Shown here: in pieces, positions 23,701 through 36,434 of the stretch
How the letters are laid out: each line of letters opens with the position of its first letter
How positions within the stretch are numbered: position 1 is the first letter of the stretch
NCBI RefSeq assembly: GCF_001194135.2
Contig: NC_068981.1
Location: 180,944,181-181,006,628, forward strand
Origin: Octopus bimaculoides
Taxonomy: Eukaryota
DNA: 62,448 bases
Direction: 5' to 3'
Translations under genes and position numbers: made by a program
Notes under the pieces: generated by a model
Databases searched by the model: none
What the model was told of the DNA's origin: nothing
Seen by the model: only the letters and a program-made list of their open reading frames with translations

Positions 23701-26700
23701 GAAGAATTTTAGTTGAACAGAACAACCCTAGTTCTTATTTTCTTTAAGCTTGTTATTTATTCTGTCAGTCTCTTGCCAAACTGCTAAGTTACAGGGACAT
23801 AAACACACCAACAAGCAGTGGTGGGGGACAAACATGCACACACACTCACATAACAAGCTTCTTTTAGTTTCCATCTACCAAATCCATTCACAGCTTTGAT
23901 TGGCTTGAGGCTGTATTAGAAGACACTTACTCAAGGTGCCATGCAGTGGGTTTGAGCTCAGAACCATGTGGTTAGGAAGCAAACTTCTTACCACACAGCT
24001 GTGCCTCTATATGTATCTATGTATGTTTGTAAACTGAAGTTCTGACTGCATTTGCATCATGTTATGTCTTTGCTTTTTCTCTAGACTATTGGATATGATT
24101 GAGTCAGCATTAAAACAACTAGAAATTGAAAGTCAACCAACATGCTACAACAAGATTCATCAGAAACAAGTACACTTTGAAGATGTATATAAACCTAAGG
24201 AGAAAAGTTTCCATCAGAACCCTATTGTCTGTCATGATTGGAAAAAAAATAAACAATTACAAGTAAGGAACCTTCTTTTTTATGCTCTTGTTGAAGGTAA
24301 AAATCCTCATTGCTTGTCATTTATTACTGAGGAAACTCCTTCAAGTATTTTTTTTTTTATATTAACCTTTTCGTATTCAAACCGACCATTTCCAGCCCAG
24401 ATATTCTACCTGTTTTATGTTCAAACCATCCAGATCTGGCTTCTCACACCTACCCTACAATGTCATTCTAAAAATAGACAATCAAATCAAATCAAAATTT
24501 CAAAACTCTGAGAAAATGCATGATTAATTCAAAACAATGTGAATAAATAAGCATTACATTTGACAGAGAAATCTGAATGCTAAAGAGTTAAAAAATGTTC
24601 ACAAAGTGGAATAAAATATTTTGCTGTGAAGAAGAGAAGTCATAGCATTTGAAGCAGAGCCAAAGCCCTTCATTGCCCTTACAGCCCTTACAGACATGAA
24701 CCAGAAAAGTAATCACAATTATATTTTGATACCAAGCCGGACTGCATGTCAATCAAACAACTTTATATCACTGTTACATTTTTTGCTGCATTTGTTTTAT
24801 GTTTTTGTTGTTGTTGCTGTTGTTTTCATTTTTAATTTATTTTACATCTGCCATTTTCAGTTTCTGAAAAAGAACTACTCGGAAGACCTTGCTCAGTTTT
24901 CAGAAGATGTTAAGGTGACCCTGAAAAATGAAAAAACTGCTGCTAACATGAAAGTAAGTAGTTTTGTATTATTACATCTGTTTCATCATAAATGAATTGT
25001 ATTTGTGTTTCTTGACATAGTTGTACTTACTTGTATTTGCAACAGCATTCATCTGGTGGGGTGGGGTGGGGTAGGGGGTTGAGCCAGCTCTGATTGATGA
25101 GTTCACCACATCCCTCATAAATGCTGACCACATTCTGTTTAACCTTTGACATTTCAACATTAACCTGTCTTAGTTTCTGTTTAATATTGTTTCAATATTA
25201 ATATTTTTGTATCAAACCTTTTATTCAGAACATTTCCACATAAACGTTTATTTCTTCTATTTTTAGGAATATCGGAATCCTTCTAGCACCTCAGTAAAGC
25301 ATCAAAGACCTTTGATGAGACGTTCAGGTAAAACACTATCAGGTGACTTTGTTTTTATATTTGGCTTGCAGGATTCTCGATGTGAATTCATGTAGAATCA
25401 AGTTTTGTTGTCTTTAGAGAGTAGAAAGAGGGCAAGTCACTAAGTCACTGAAAAGATCACAAACAACAATAAAAGAACTTTGACTAACAAACAAACAATC
25501 GATTGTTTAACCAGTATATTAAACAAACAATCGCTTAGTTAGTTGGTTAGATATTTAATCAAGTGACTGATAATTAAGAAGTGGAATTGAACCTGTATGT
25601 GTGTTATTATTATTGACATAAGGCAGCAAACTGGCAGAATCATTACCATGCTTCGCAGCATTTTGACCGTCTTTACATTTATATGTATCTGTCACCCACC
25701 AAGTCTACTTTCTCTGTTAACCTCCTGTGATGCCACTGCACTTCTTGTGTGTCCATAGTTTGCACTGGTTAACACCATATGGAATTTCTACCTATACCTT
25801 TTCTCCATATCGAAAAGGACCTTTTTCCTGAAGGGATTAGTAGTTTGTCTATTTTGTTGCTTACTAGAACTAAAGTCTTTGCTCAATTAACTTTGAAGCC
25901 CTTTGATTCCAGGTTTTGCTTCTACAGCTGGAATTTCATTTTTAATTCTAATGCAGATTCAGGTATAAGAACAAGGTCTTCAGCATATAGACATTCTCGT
26001 GGGCAATTCCTCTGTTATGGCCTGGAGGACTGATAAATAGAGGTGGTCAGACAGCCCTCATCAGCCATTTGTCTAACCCAAGCTTCTTCAGTGACCACCA
26101 GATGAGTGAATGAGTGACCCTGACAAGAGCTTTCTCCATGTCAACAAAGGCCAAGTACAATGCTTTATTTTTGGTTAAATATTTCTGCTGTGGTTGCTTT
26201 ACTATGAAGAGAGCATCAGTAGTATTTCTCCTTGGCATGAAACCAAATTGCATCTTATCTAGGTTAATCTTCTTTCTAATTAGATGAGCTATAACCCTTT
26301 CTGTAACTTTCATCACCTGGTCTAACAATTTGATACCTTTGTAATTACTTCTGTCTTTGGTATCTCCTTTACCTTTGTAGCAGTTGACTATAATCCTGCT
26401 ACACCAGTCATATGGTATGACCCCTTTCCTGGACAACCCGATTATCTATACCGGTGATTTGACCATATCCTTCACTATCTGATATTTTAAGCATCTTGGC
26501 AGAAATTCCCAATGGACCTGGGGCTTTCCCTGTCCTCACTCACTTTGATTGCTTGATCTTTCCTACTGCTGTTAACTAGGATAGCTATTCCCTCTGTTGG
26601 GTCCACATTAAAAAGGCTCTTTCTCCCATGTATTTTTCACTTTTAATAGCTTTTCATAGTAGGATTTCCATGCCTCTTTCTTTTCAGAATCATTAAGTAC

Positions 26701-26746
26701 AAGCGTATTGTCATCTCTCCCACTCTTTTATACATGTGTGTGTGTG

Positions 26747-26780
<34 letters not shown>

Positions 26781-27960
26781 TCCAATTTCAGATATTTGAA
26801 TGCTGTCTTTAATGCAGTAAAGTGTTCCCTTGATGATCTGTTATGGTTAATAATCCATTTGCACTTAGAAAATCCAATGCAGAGATTTCAAAAGCCATGA
26901 TGGTGAAATGATAAAACCTTGTTGACATAATTTCTCACATATGAATAAATAAATAAATAGTATATATATTTATTTACACACACACACACACACACACACA
27001 CTTCTGTAAATATATGTATTTTGAAATGTAAACATGCTAACAAAACAAAAGAAGGCTTGGCCACTTATTTCTCTGTATGTAATCAGTCTCTCTCTCTCTG
27101 TCTTCCCTCATGAGGAGCAGTGAAGAGTAGAGGGAGGAAGTGACACAAATCTGCTGTGATGTGTAACTTGTCCTCATCTGGATCAGGCTCTTGGACAGAT
27201 CTCTAACCAATATTTTTGTAGCATGATTTTTCACTATAAATAAACATCTTTTCAATTTTTTTTTTTTTTTTTTTNNNNNNNNNNTTTTTTTTTTTTTTTT
27301 TTCTCTTTTTTAAACTTTCTTTTGTTTTGTTTAGTCACTTCCCATCAACGCGATAGGAGGAAACCAGTCACCAGCACTTCACGAAAGACAGGTTTGTTGT
27401 TACAATTTTAATGTCTCACTCACTGACTGGTTGCTTGTTATTGATGATCCCAGTCTTTCTGACAACAGAGAGATGCTATGAGATTGCAAAGGGGTCCCAG
27501 TAAATTGTTATCATCACTGTTTTCATGTTTGCATGGGTCAGACCAGTCAAAATTTGAGGTAGACTTTCTACAGCCAGATTCCCTTCCTGTTTCCAATCCC
27601 CACTTGTTTCCAAGCAAATTAATATTTCCCTATGGCCAGATGTGTTTTACACAGAAAATTTGAAATGAACAGTATCGCTTGTATGACAATGTCACTCACT
27701 TTACATGATATCAAGAAAAGACAACCACTACACACGTACACACACACACACACACACACACACGCGTGTGCGTAATGGGCTTCCACACAGTTTCCATCTA
27801 CTAAATTCACTCACAAGGCATTGGTTGACCAGGGCTATAGTAGACATTTGCCCAAGGTACTGTGCAATGGAACTGAAGCTGAAGCCACATGGTTGGGAAC
27901 TATTTTCTTAACCACACAGCCATTTTTAATAAAATTTATTTGGTGGTTTTATGCTTTATA

Positions 27961-28046
<86 letters not shown>

Positions 28047-31000
28047 TATATATATATATATATCATCATCATCATCATCGTTTAACATCTGTTAAATGCT
28101 GATGATGATGATGACGATGATATGTATACTAGCTGGACCCATGAAAAATTCACGGAGAATATAAAAAATGTAAGCATCTGTAAATTGTGTACTGGTGCCA
28201 TGAGAAATGTTCCTATATTGTGGTAGTTAAAGGCAGTGAGCTGGCAGAATCGTTAGCACCCTGGGCGAAATGCTTAGCGGTATTTCGTCTGCCGTTACGT
28301 TCTGTGTTCAAATTCCACCGAGATCAACTTTATCTTTCATCCTTTCGGGGTCAATAAATTAAGTACCAGATATGCACTGCGGTCGATGTAATCGACTTGA
28401 TACCTTTGTCTGTCCTTGTTTGTCCCCTCTATATTTAGCCCCTTGTGGGCAATAAAGAAATGTTAGTAGTATTTCGTCTGTCTTTACGTTCTGAGTTCAA
28501 ATTCTACTGAGATTGACTTTGCCTTTCATCCTTTTGGGGGTCGATAAATTAAGTACCAGTTGCTTACTGGGTTCAATTTAATCAACTACCCCCCTCTCCC
28601 CAAATTTCAGAACTTGTACCTATAGTAGAAAAGTATATTTATTTCTTTATTGCCCACAGGGGGCTAAACATAGAGGGGATAGACAAAGGGATTAAGTCGA
28701 TTACATTGACCCCAGTGTGTGACTGGTACTTATTTAATCGACCCCGAAAGGATGAAAGGCAAAGTCGACCTTTAGTTGAAGAAATTGACCCTTGGACTTA
28801 TTCCCTGTAAACCTGGTGCTGATTCTATCAGCCTCTTCTGCTGAACAGCTAAGTTACAGGGATGCAAACACACCAACATCGGTTGTCAAGCAATGGTGGT
28901 GGTGGGACAAACACAGACACAAATACACATACATATTTATATGCCGGGCTTGTTCAGAATGTTTCAATTGAAAAAAACATATACGAATGTATTAGACAGT
29001 TTTTGTTCAAAAGGTGAAAATATTTCTGAAATACTCACGTAATATGCAAGAACACAGTATATAGGAGATGGTAATTAATTATATTGTTGAAAAAATCAAA
29101 AGTAAAGGGGGAAAAAATAAAATTAATATTTAATATTGAATCTAATTTTTTTTCAAATGCTTTCGTCAATTGCTTGATACAAGAAAAAAGAAATAGGAAA
29201 AATCCTGACCAAAACAGAGAAATTGACCAAAGCAAAAAATATAGAAAGAGAAAAGATGTTTTTTTAGCTGAGGTGTAATTTTATAATTCAAACAAATTCA
29301 AACTTTAAATTTTGGAACATAAGACTTAACATGTTATCTCTCTCCCATTTCCAAGCAAGCTAATATTTTCCCATAGCTAGACTTTTGTGAATAGCTTTGC
29401 TTGCATCATGATGATGATGATGATACTCATTTACAACCATTACATGATGTCTAAAACAAGGATATACACACACACATACTCTTTCTCTCTCTCACTTTCT
29501 CTCCCCTCTCTCTCACTTTCTCTCCCCTCTCTCTTTCTCTCTCTCATACACACACACACATACACACATGATGGGCTTCTTTCAGTTTCCACTCACAAGG
29601 CTTTAACCATCCTGGAGCTACAGTAAAAGGCACTGGTTCAAGGTACCAGGCAACGGGGGTGAACTCAAAGTCCATATGGTTGGGAAGCCAGCTTCTTAAT
29701 CACTCAGTCACACCTGTGCCTATATCTTGGATTATTTCTTTGCATTTCAGAAATTAGTGGAGAAGCTCTGCTTCCCACATTACTTGATGACCTTCCACTT
29801 CTGCATCTGTCTACGGATACGTGGCACGAACTCTGGCGGAAGAACATTGTTCAGTTGGAACATCTGACTAAGTCTTACTATGAGAAACATCGCAAAAGAG
29901 ACAATACAAGACAGCAGGTATGTATTTCAAATATCAGATAAATGGAGTGCTATCCTATTATTGAAGTTTTGTTGAAATTCATACAAATTAGCTATTGTTG
30001 TTTCCATTTAAAATTTATTATTGTTGTTGTTGTTGTTATTATCAAGGCAGCAAGCTGGCTGTGTTGTTAGCATGCTGGGAAGAATGCTTTGCAGCATTTC
30101 TTCTGTCTTTACATTCTGGGTTCAAATTCTGCCAAGGTCGAACTTTGCCTTTCATCCTTTCAGGGTCGATAAATTAAGTACCAGCGAAACCCTGGGGGTC
30201 GATGTAATCGACTAGTCTCCACTCCAAAAATTTCAGGCCTGGTGCCTTTAGTAGATGCAGTTTGGTTTTGTGCCAGGTAGAAGCACCACTGGTGCCATAT
30301 TTCTGGTAAGGCAACTGCAGGAGAAATACCTAGCCAAAGATGAACCTCTGCACTTGGCTTTTGTTGACTTGGAGAAAGCTTTTGACAGAATCCCTCGATC
30401 CCTTATCTGGTGGTCAATGTGGAAACTAAGGATAGACGAGTGGTTGGTGAGAGCTGTACAAGCTTTGTACAGGGACGCTACCAGTAAGGTGGGGGTGGGC
30501 AACGAGTACAGCAAAGAATTCAGGGTACAAGTAAGGGTTCACCAAGGATCAGTGCTCAGCCCCCTCTTGGTCATCATAGTCCTCCAGGCAATAACAGAGG
30601 AATTTAAGACAGGCTGCCCCTGGGAGCTCCTCTATGCTGATGACCTTGCTCTTATAGCTGAATCACTATCTGAGCTAGAGAAGAAATTCCAGATATGGAA
30701 ACAAGGTCTAGAATCAAAGGGTCTTAGAGTTAACCTAGCAAAAACCAAAGTCATAGTAAGTAGGAAGGCAGACAAATCACAAATCCCCTCAGGTAGAGGG
30801 CCCTGTGCAACCTGCAGAAAAGGTGTAAGTAGAAACTCCATAAGATGCACCCAGTGTAAGCTTTGGACACACAAAAGGTGCACCAACATCGAAGGAAGGT
30901 TGACAGAGAAATTAACTTTTGTATGTGAAAGGTGCGGAGGCAAGGTGGCTGAGTTCCTTTCGAGTGTTGGCTCTCATTTAGGCAAAGTGGCCGAGCTCAC

Positions 31001-34000
31001 TTTGAGTGTTGGGCAATGACCAAGGCCTTTGGCATTATGTCGTGCTTGAGAAGAAGACTCATCAAACCAAGCAAAATTACAGTCATGGCAGATACCAGTG
31101 TCATGCAAATGGCACCCGTGCCAGTGGCACATAAAAACACCCATTACAGAGTAGTTGGCATTAGGAAGAGCATCCAACCGTGGAAAACCATGCCAAATCA
31201 GACTGGAGCCTGGCGCAGCCTTCCAGTGTGCCAGCCTAGCCAAGCTGTCCAACCCATGCCAGCATGGACAACAGACGTTAAATGATGATGATGGCAGCGA
31301 GCTGGCAGAATCATTAGCACACCAGGCAAAATGCTTCCCGGCATTTTGTCCATCTTTATGTTCCGAGTTCAAATTCTGCCAAGACCAACCTTGCCTTTCA
31401 TCCTTTCAGGGTCAATAAAATAAGTACCAGTTACGAACTGGGGTCAATGTAATTGACTAGTCCCCTCCCCCAAAAATTTCAGGCCTTGTACTTATAGTAG
31501 AAAGGATTATCATTATTATTATTATTATTAAGGTGGTGAGCTGGCAGAATTGTTAGCACACCAGGCAAAATGCTTACCAGTATTTTGTCTGCCGCTACAT
31601 TCTGAGTTCAAGTTCCACCGAGGCCGACTTTGCCTTTTATCCTTTAGTAGAAAGTGGGTTATACATCTTTAGATTGTATACCTGACTTTCTACTATAAAA
31701 TTAAAGAAATTGACGGAACGCTGAACTCCAGACTAAACAACTTAAACAACATTTATTTACTTGGTAAAACATACATATCTTTAGTTATACATCTTTAGAG
31801 GTGAGAATAACGAGCTGTCGAGTATAAGACCGAAAGATGTAGAGACAGCTTTTAAACACACGTCCATGCTCAATCGCTGGCCAGCGTGAAAGAGAATGAA
31901 TTGAGTGGGAAACGCTTGCTTGTTTAATTCTACGCATGCGTAAGACTACGCATGCGCAGGCGTTACTACAATCCTTTCGGGGGGTCGATGAAACAAGTAC
32001 CAGTTGAGTACTGAGGTTGATGTAGTTTACTATCCCCCTCCACCAAATTTCCGGCTTTGTGCCTTTAGTAAAAAATGATTATTATTATTATTATTATTAA
32101 GACAGTGAGCTAGCAGGCTAGTTAGCACTCCAGGCGAAATGTTCAGCGGTATTCCGTTTGGTTTTACGTAGTGTGTTCACATTCCACCAAAGTCGACTTT
32201 GCCTTTCATCCTTTCGGGGTTGATAAAATAAGTACCAAATGAGCGCTGGGTACCAAATGAGGTGGGTACCAGCTCCCCCCTTACTTGCTGGCCTTGTGCC
32301 AAAATTTGAAACCATCATTATTATTATTTTATTGTCTTTGCACAGCTTCTAATGCTGGAGATGTACTATGGTGTCAGCTGTTCACTACCAGTGAACTAAG
32401 GTGACACCCCTTATTTTTCAAGTACATCTGGAGTATTCAAGCGGTTCCAAGCAGTGCTGTTTTCTGCAAGTGCTCCACCCTTATTGCAGCCCCTATTTGT
32501 TCCATGTAGTTCTCAAGATCTTTACTCACTGTTCCCAGTGCTCCAACAATTACTGGTACTACTACCACCTTTTTCATCGACTACAACTGCTTAACCTCCC
32601 AAGCTAACCTGTTATATCTATCGACTTTTCTTTCTTCCTTATCGCATACCTTGTTGTCAGCTTGGCATGTTATATCTATGATCCAGCATCATTTGCTTTC
32701 TTTCTTCTTTTTATTATTATTTTGCTTTTAATCTGTGTATCTGATACAATCACTTGTCAGGTCACACACAGCCTCCTAGAGCAAGTGAAAGTTAAGAGAT
32801 GTTTAGATATAATTGAAAGTTTGAGGAGAGGAAGTGGAGAAGACAGTACAAAAATACATTCGTATAATACAACACAAACTCTATGTTGTACTGCAATAAT
32901 AGATTTACGCATACATGCAATAGAGGTGATACAGAGATCAATATGTTGCAATGGTCATAAAGTAGTCACTGTATTGTAAAATAGTCTGCATCATAATCAT
33001 CCTTTTAACATCCACTTTTCCAAGATTGCAATATGTTGGATGGAGTTTATTGATGCAGTTTCTCTTTCCGTCGTGAACCCTTATCTATTTCCAAGCAAAG
33101 TAATATTTCCCTGTTGTCAGACGTATTTTCACAGAATATTGAGAATGAATGACCTTCATCTTTACAACTATCATACAATTTCAAAACAAGGAGACACAAA
33201 CACACACCAAATCCACTCTTAAGACTTTGGTTGGCCTGGGGCTATAATAGAAGATGCTTGTCCAAAGTACTACACAGTGGGGTTGAACCTGAAATCACGT
33301 GGTTGAGAAGTAAGCATAACCATGCCATCACCTAACAGAGTTAAACAAACATACAAAGATTAATAATAGTTAATAATAGATTAATAATAGTTTTAATAGA
33401 TTAATAATAGTTTTAATATTCCAGATGTGCAGATTAATTCTCATGTTTGATTATTTCATTCCTGTTTTCTTTTTCTTTCAGATTAAAGATGCTGAAAAAC
33501 GGCGAGAAATTCTTCATGATATTATGAAGAAAGAGCTTTCTCATATGCATAGATTGGTAAGAAGACTCACTGCTACTGCTCCAATAGTCCAGTTTGGTAT
33601 CTTTTGTTATGTGAATGTTTCATACCACCTTAAGAAGTCCTCCTCATCATCATCATCATTATAACTAAAGCAATGGAGCGCATAATCTAGCAGTCCTTCC
33701 TACAAATTTATAGCCTTCAGTCAATGTTAGAAATCATCGTTATTATTGTTGTTGTTGTTAAGGTGGCAAGCTGGCAGAATCGTTAGCACCTGAGATAAAA
33801 TGCTTAGTGGTATTTCATCTGTTCTGAGTTCAAATCTTGCTGTTCCCAATTATTCTGGCCATGTCAAGGTGGCAAATCTTTTGTAATAGCCCTACTGGGC
33901 ACTCTATTCTGATTCCTCTTGATGCCTTCTGATACTGTCCCCAAGGACCCAACAATAATTAGTACTGTCTTCACTTTTTTCATTTTCCATAGCCAACTAT

Positions 34001-36385
34001 TTCATACTTAAGAGGATTGTATATATCTATTTTTTTTGCCTCCCTTTTTGACTATTCATGGGTTAAAGGGGCATGCAGCATCACTTATACAGCACACGTG
34101 GTTCACCTTGTCCAACACTACCTTGTCTGGCTTGTTATGCTTTAACACCTGATCTGTTTGAAATTGTTGTTGTTGATGTTGTTGTTATTATTATTACAGA
34201 AAGAAATTAAAGAAAGCAAGAAACGGCGCATCGAAGTAAGAAATCGGTTGCATGAAAAACGGATCGTATCAGCAAAGGCTCGGAGATACTATGATGATTT
34301 TTCAGTAAGAATGCGTTCTCGAATGATGAACCGGAAGACCAAAGAAGAATTGGTGAGTCTACCAGAATGTAGCTTATATTGTTTTTGAAGAATTCTTTTG
34401 TCAATTGAGGAATTAAGTTTAAACTGGGCTTGATTTCTTCAATTACTAGTACCTGTAAAGGAGGCGCAATGGCCCAGTGGTTAGGGCAGCGGACTCACGG
34501 TCATAGGATCATGGTTTCGATTCCCAGACCGGGCGTTGTGAGTGTTTATTGAGCAAAAAACACCTAAAGCTCCACGAGGCTCCAGCAGGGAATGGTGGCG
34601 AACCCTGCTGTACTCTTCCACCACAACTTTCTCTCACTCTTACTTCCTGTTTCTGTTTTACCTGTAATTCAAAGAGTCAGCCTTGTCACACTGTGTCACG
34701 CTGAATATTCCCAGAACTACGTTAAGGGTACACGTGTCTGTGGAGTGCTCAGCCATTTGCACGTTAATTTNNNNNNNNNNNNNNNNNNNNNNNNNNNNNN
34801 NNNNNNNNNNNNNNNNNNNNNNNNNNNNNNNNNNNNNNNNNNNNNNNNNNNNNNNNNNNNNNNNNNNNNNNNNNNNNNNNNNNNNNNNNNNNNNNNNNNN
34901 NNNNNNNNNNNNNNNNNNNNNNNNNNNNNNNNNNNNNNNNNNNNNNNNNNNNNNNNNNNNNNNNNNNNNNNNNNNNNNNNNNNNNNNNNNNNNNNNNNNN
35001 NNNNNNNNNNNNNNNNNNNNNNNNNNNNNNNNNNNNNNNNNNNNNNNNNNNNNNNNNTAGTGCCATAAAACTGGATCTTAACACCCACCTTTAAAAGTGT
35101 TTTATGTTTGAAGTGATGTTCTTTCCCAGTCTTTCTTGGAAGAGTTTGCCTGTGCCCCTGGACTGGCTCTTGTGCGGGTGACACATGAGGTTTTTTTCGA
35201 GCGAGATGAGCATGGCCGTTACCAGTACCGCCTGACTGGCCTTCGTGCGGGTGACACATAAAAGCACCCACTACACTCTCTGAGTGGTTGGCGTTAGGAA
35301 GGGCATCCAGCTGTAGAAACTCTGCCAAATCAGATTGGAGCCTCGTGTAGCCATCCGGTTTCACCAGTCCTCAGTCAAATCGTCCAACCCATGCTAGCAT
35401 GGAAAGCGGATGTTAAACGATGACGACGACGACTTTAGTCATTATGTAATGCTTGTAATTAAATGAGTCACCGCTAACATTAGTACACTACCACCACAAT
35501 CATTACACCTCTAATACCATCGACTACCCTCCACATTCTCTACCATCACCACTACACCTCTACCATTAGCATTGCCTTTTCTACTACCTCCATCTCTTCT
35601 ATCACCATTACTACCATCACAACCGGTACTGCAACCATCACCTTCACTCACCAATGCCAAATCAATACCACAACCACCACCATCACCATTATCACTACCA
35701 CTTCCACCACTACCACTGCTACCACCACCACCAACATCATCACTACCATCATTAACACATCTCCACTAGCATCTCCACCTCCACCACTATCAAGTTCCTT
35801 TCATTTGTCGATAAGTAAAATAAAATAAAACACTCATTCTTTTCTGTGTTGCTTCCTCTCTTCTCAATGTTGTAGCTTTTCAAGAACATGTTCAAAGACN
35901 NNNNNNNNNNNNNNNNNNNNNNNNNNNNNNNNNNNNNNNNNNNNNNNNNNNNNNNNNNNNNNNNNNNNNNNNNNNNNNNNNNNNNNNNNNNNNNNNNNNN
36001 NNNNNNNNNNNNNNNNNNNNNNNNNNNNNNNNNNNNNNNNNNNNNNNNNNNNNNNNNNNNNNNNNNNNNNNNNNNNNNNNNNNNNNNNNNNNNNNNNNNN
36101 NNNNNNNNNNNNNNNNNNNNNNNNNNNNNNNNNNNNNNNNNNNNNNNNNNNNNNNNNNNNNNNNNNNNNNNNNNNNNNNNNNNNNNNNNNNNNNNNNNNN
36201 NNNNNNNNNNNNNNNNNNNNNNNNNNNNNNNNNNNNNNNNNNNNNNNNNNNNNNNNNNNNNNNNNNNNNNNNNNNNNNNNNNNNNNNNNNNNNNNNNNNN
36301 NNNNNNNNNNNNNNNNNNNNNNNNNNNNNNNNNNNNNNNNNNNNNNNNNNNNNNNNNNNNNNNNNNNNNNNNNNNNNNNNNNNNN

Positions 36386-36434
<49 letters not shown>

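Noticed and set aside
34460-34535. tRNA-like sequence (also the heads of SINE A and SINE B)
   Set aside because: A and B boxes are present but there is no complete cloverleaf, and it continues into a repeated SINE body.
35572-35769. Proline/serine-rich ORF
   Set aside because: It is a translation of an (ACC)n-type low-complexity tract.
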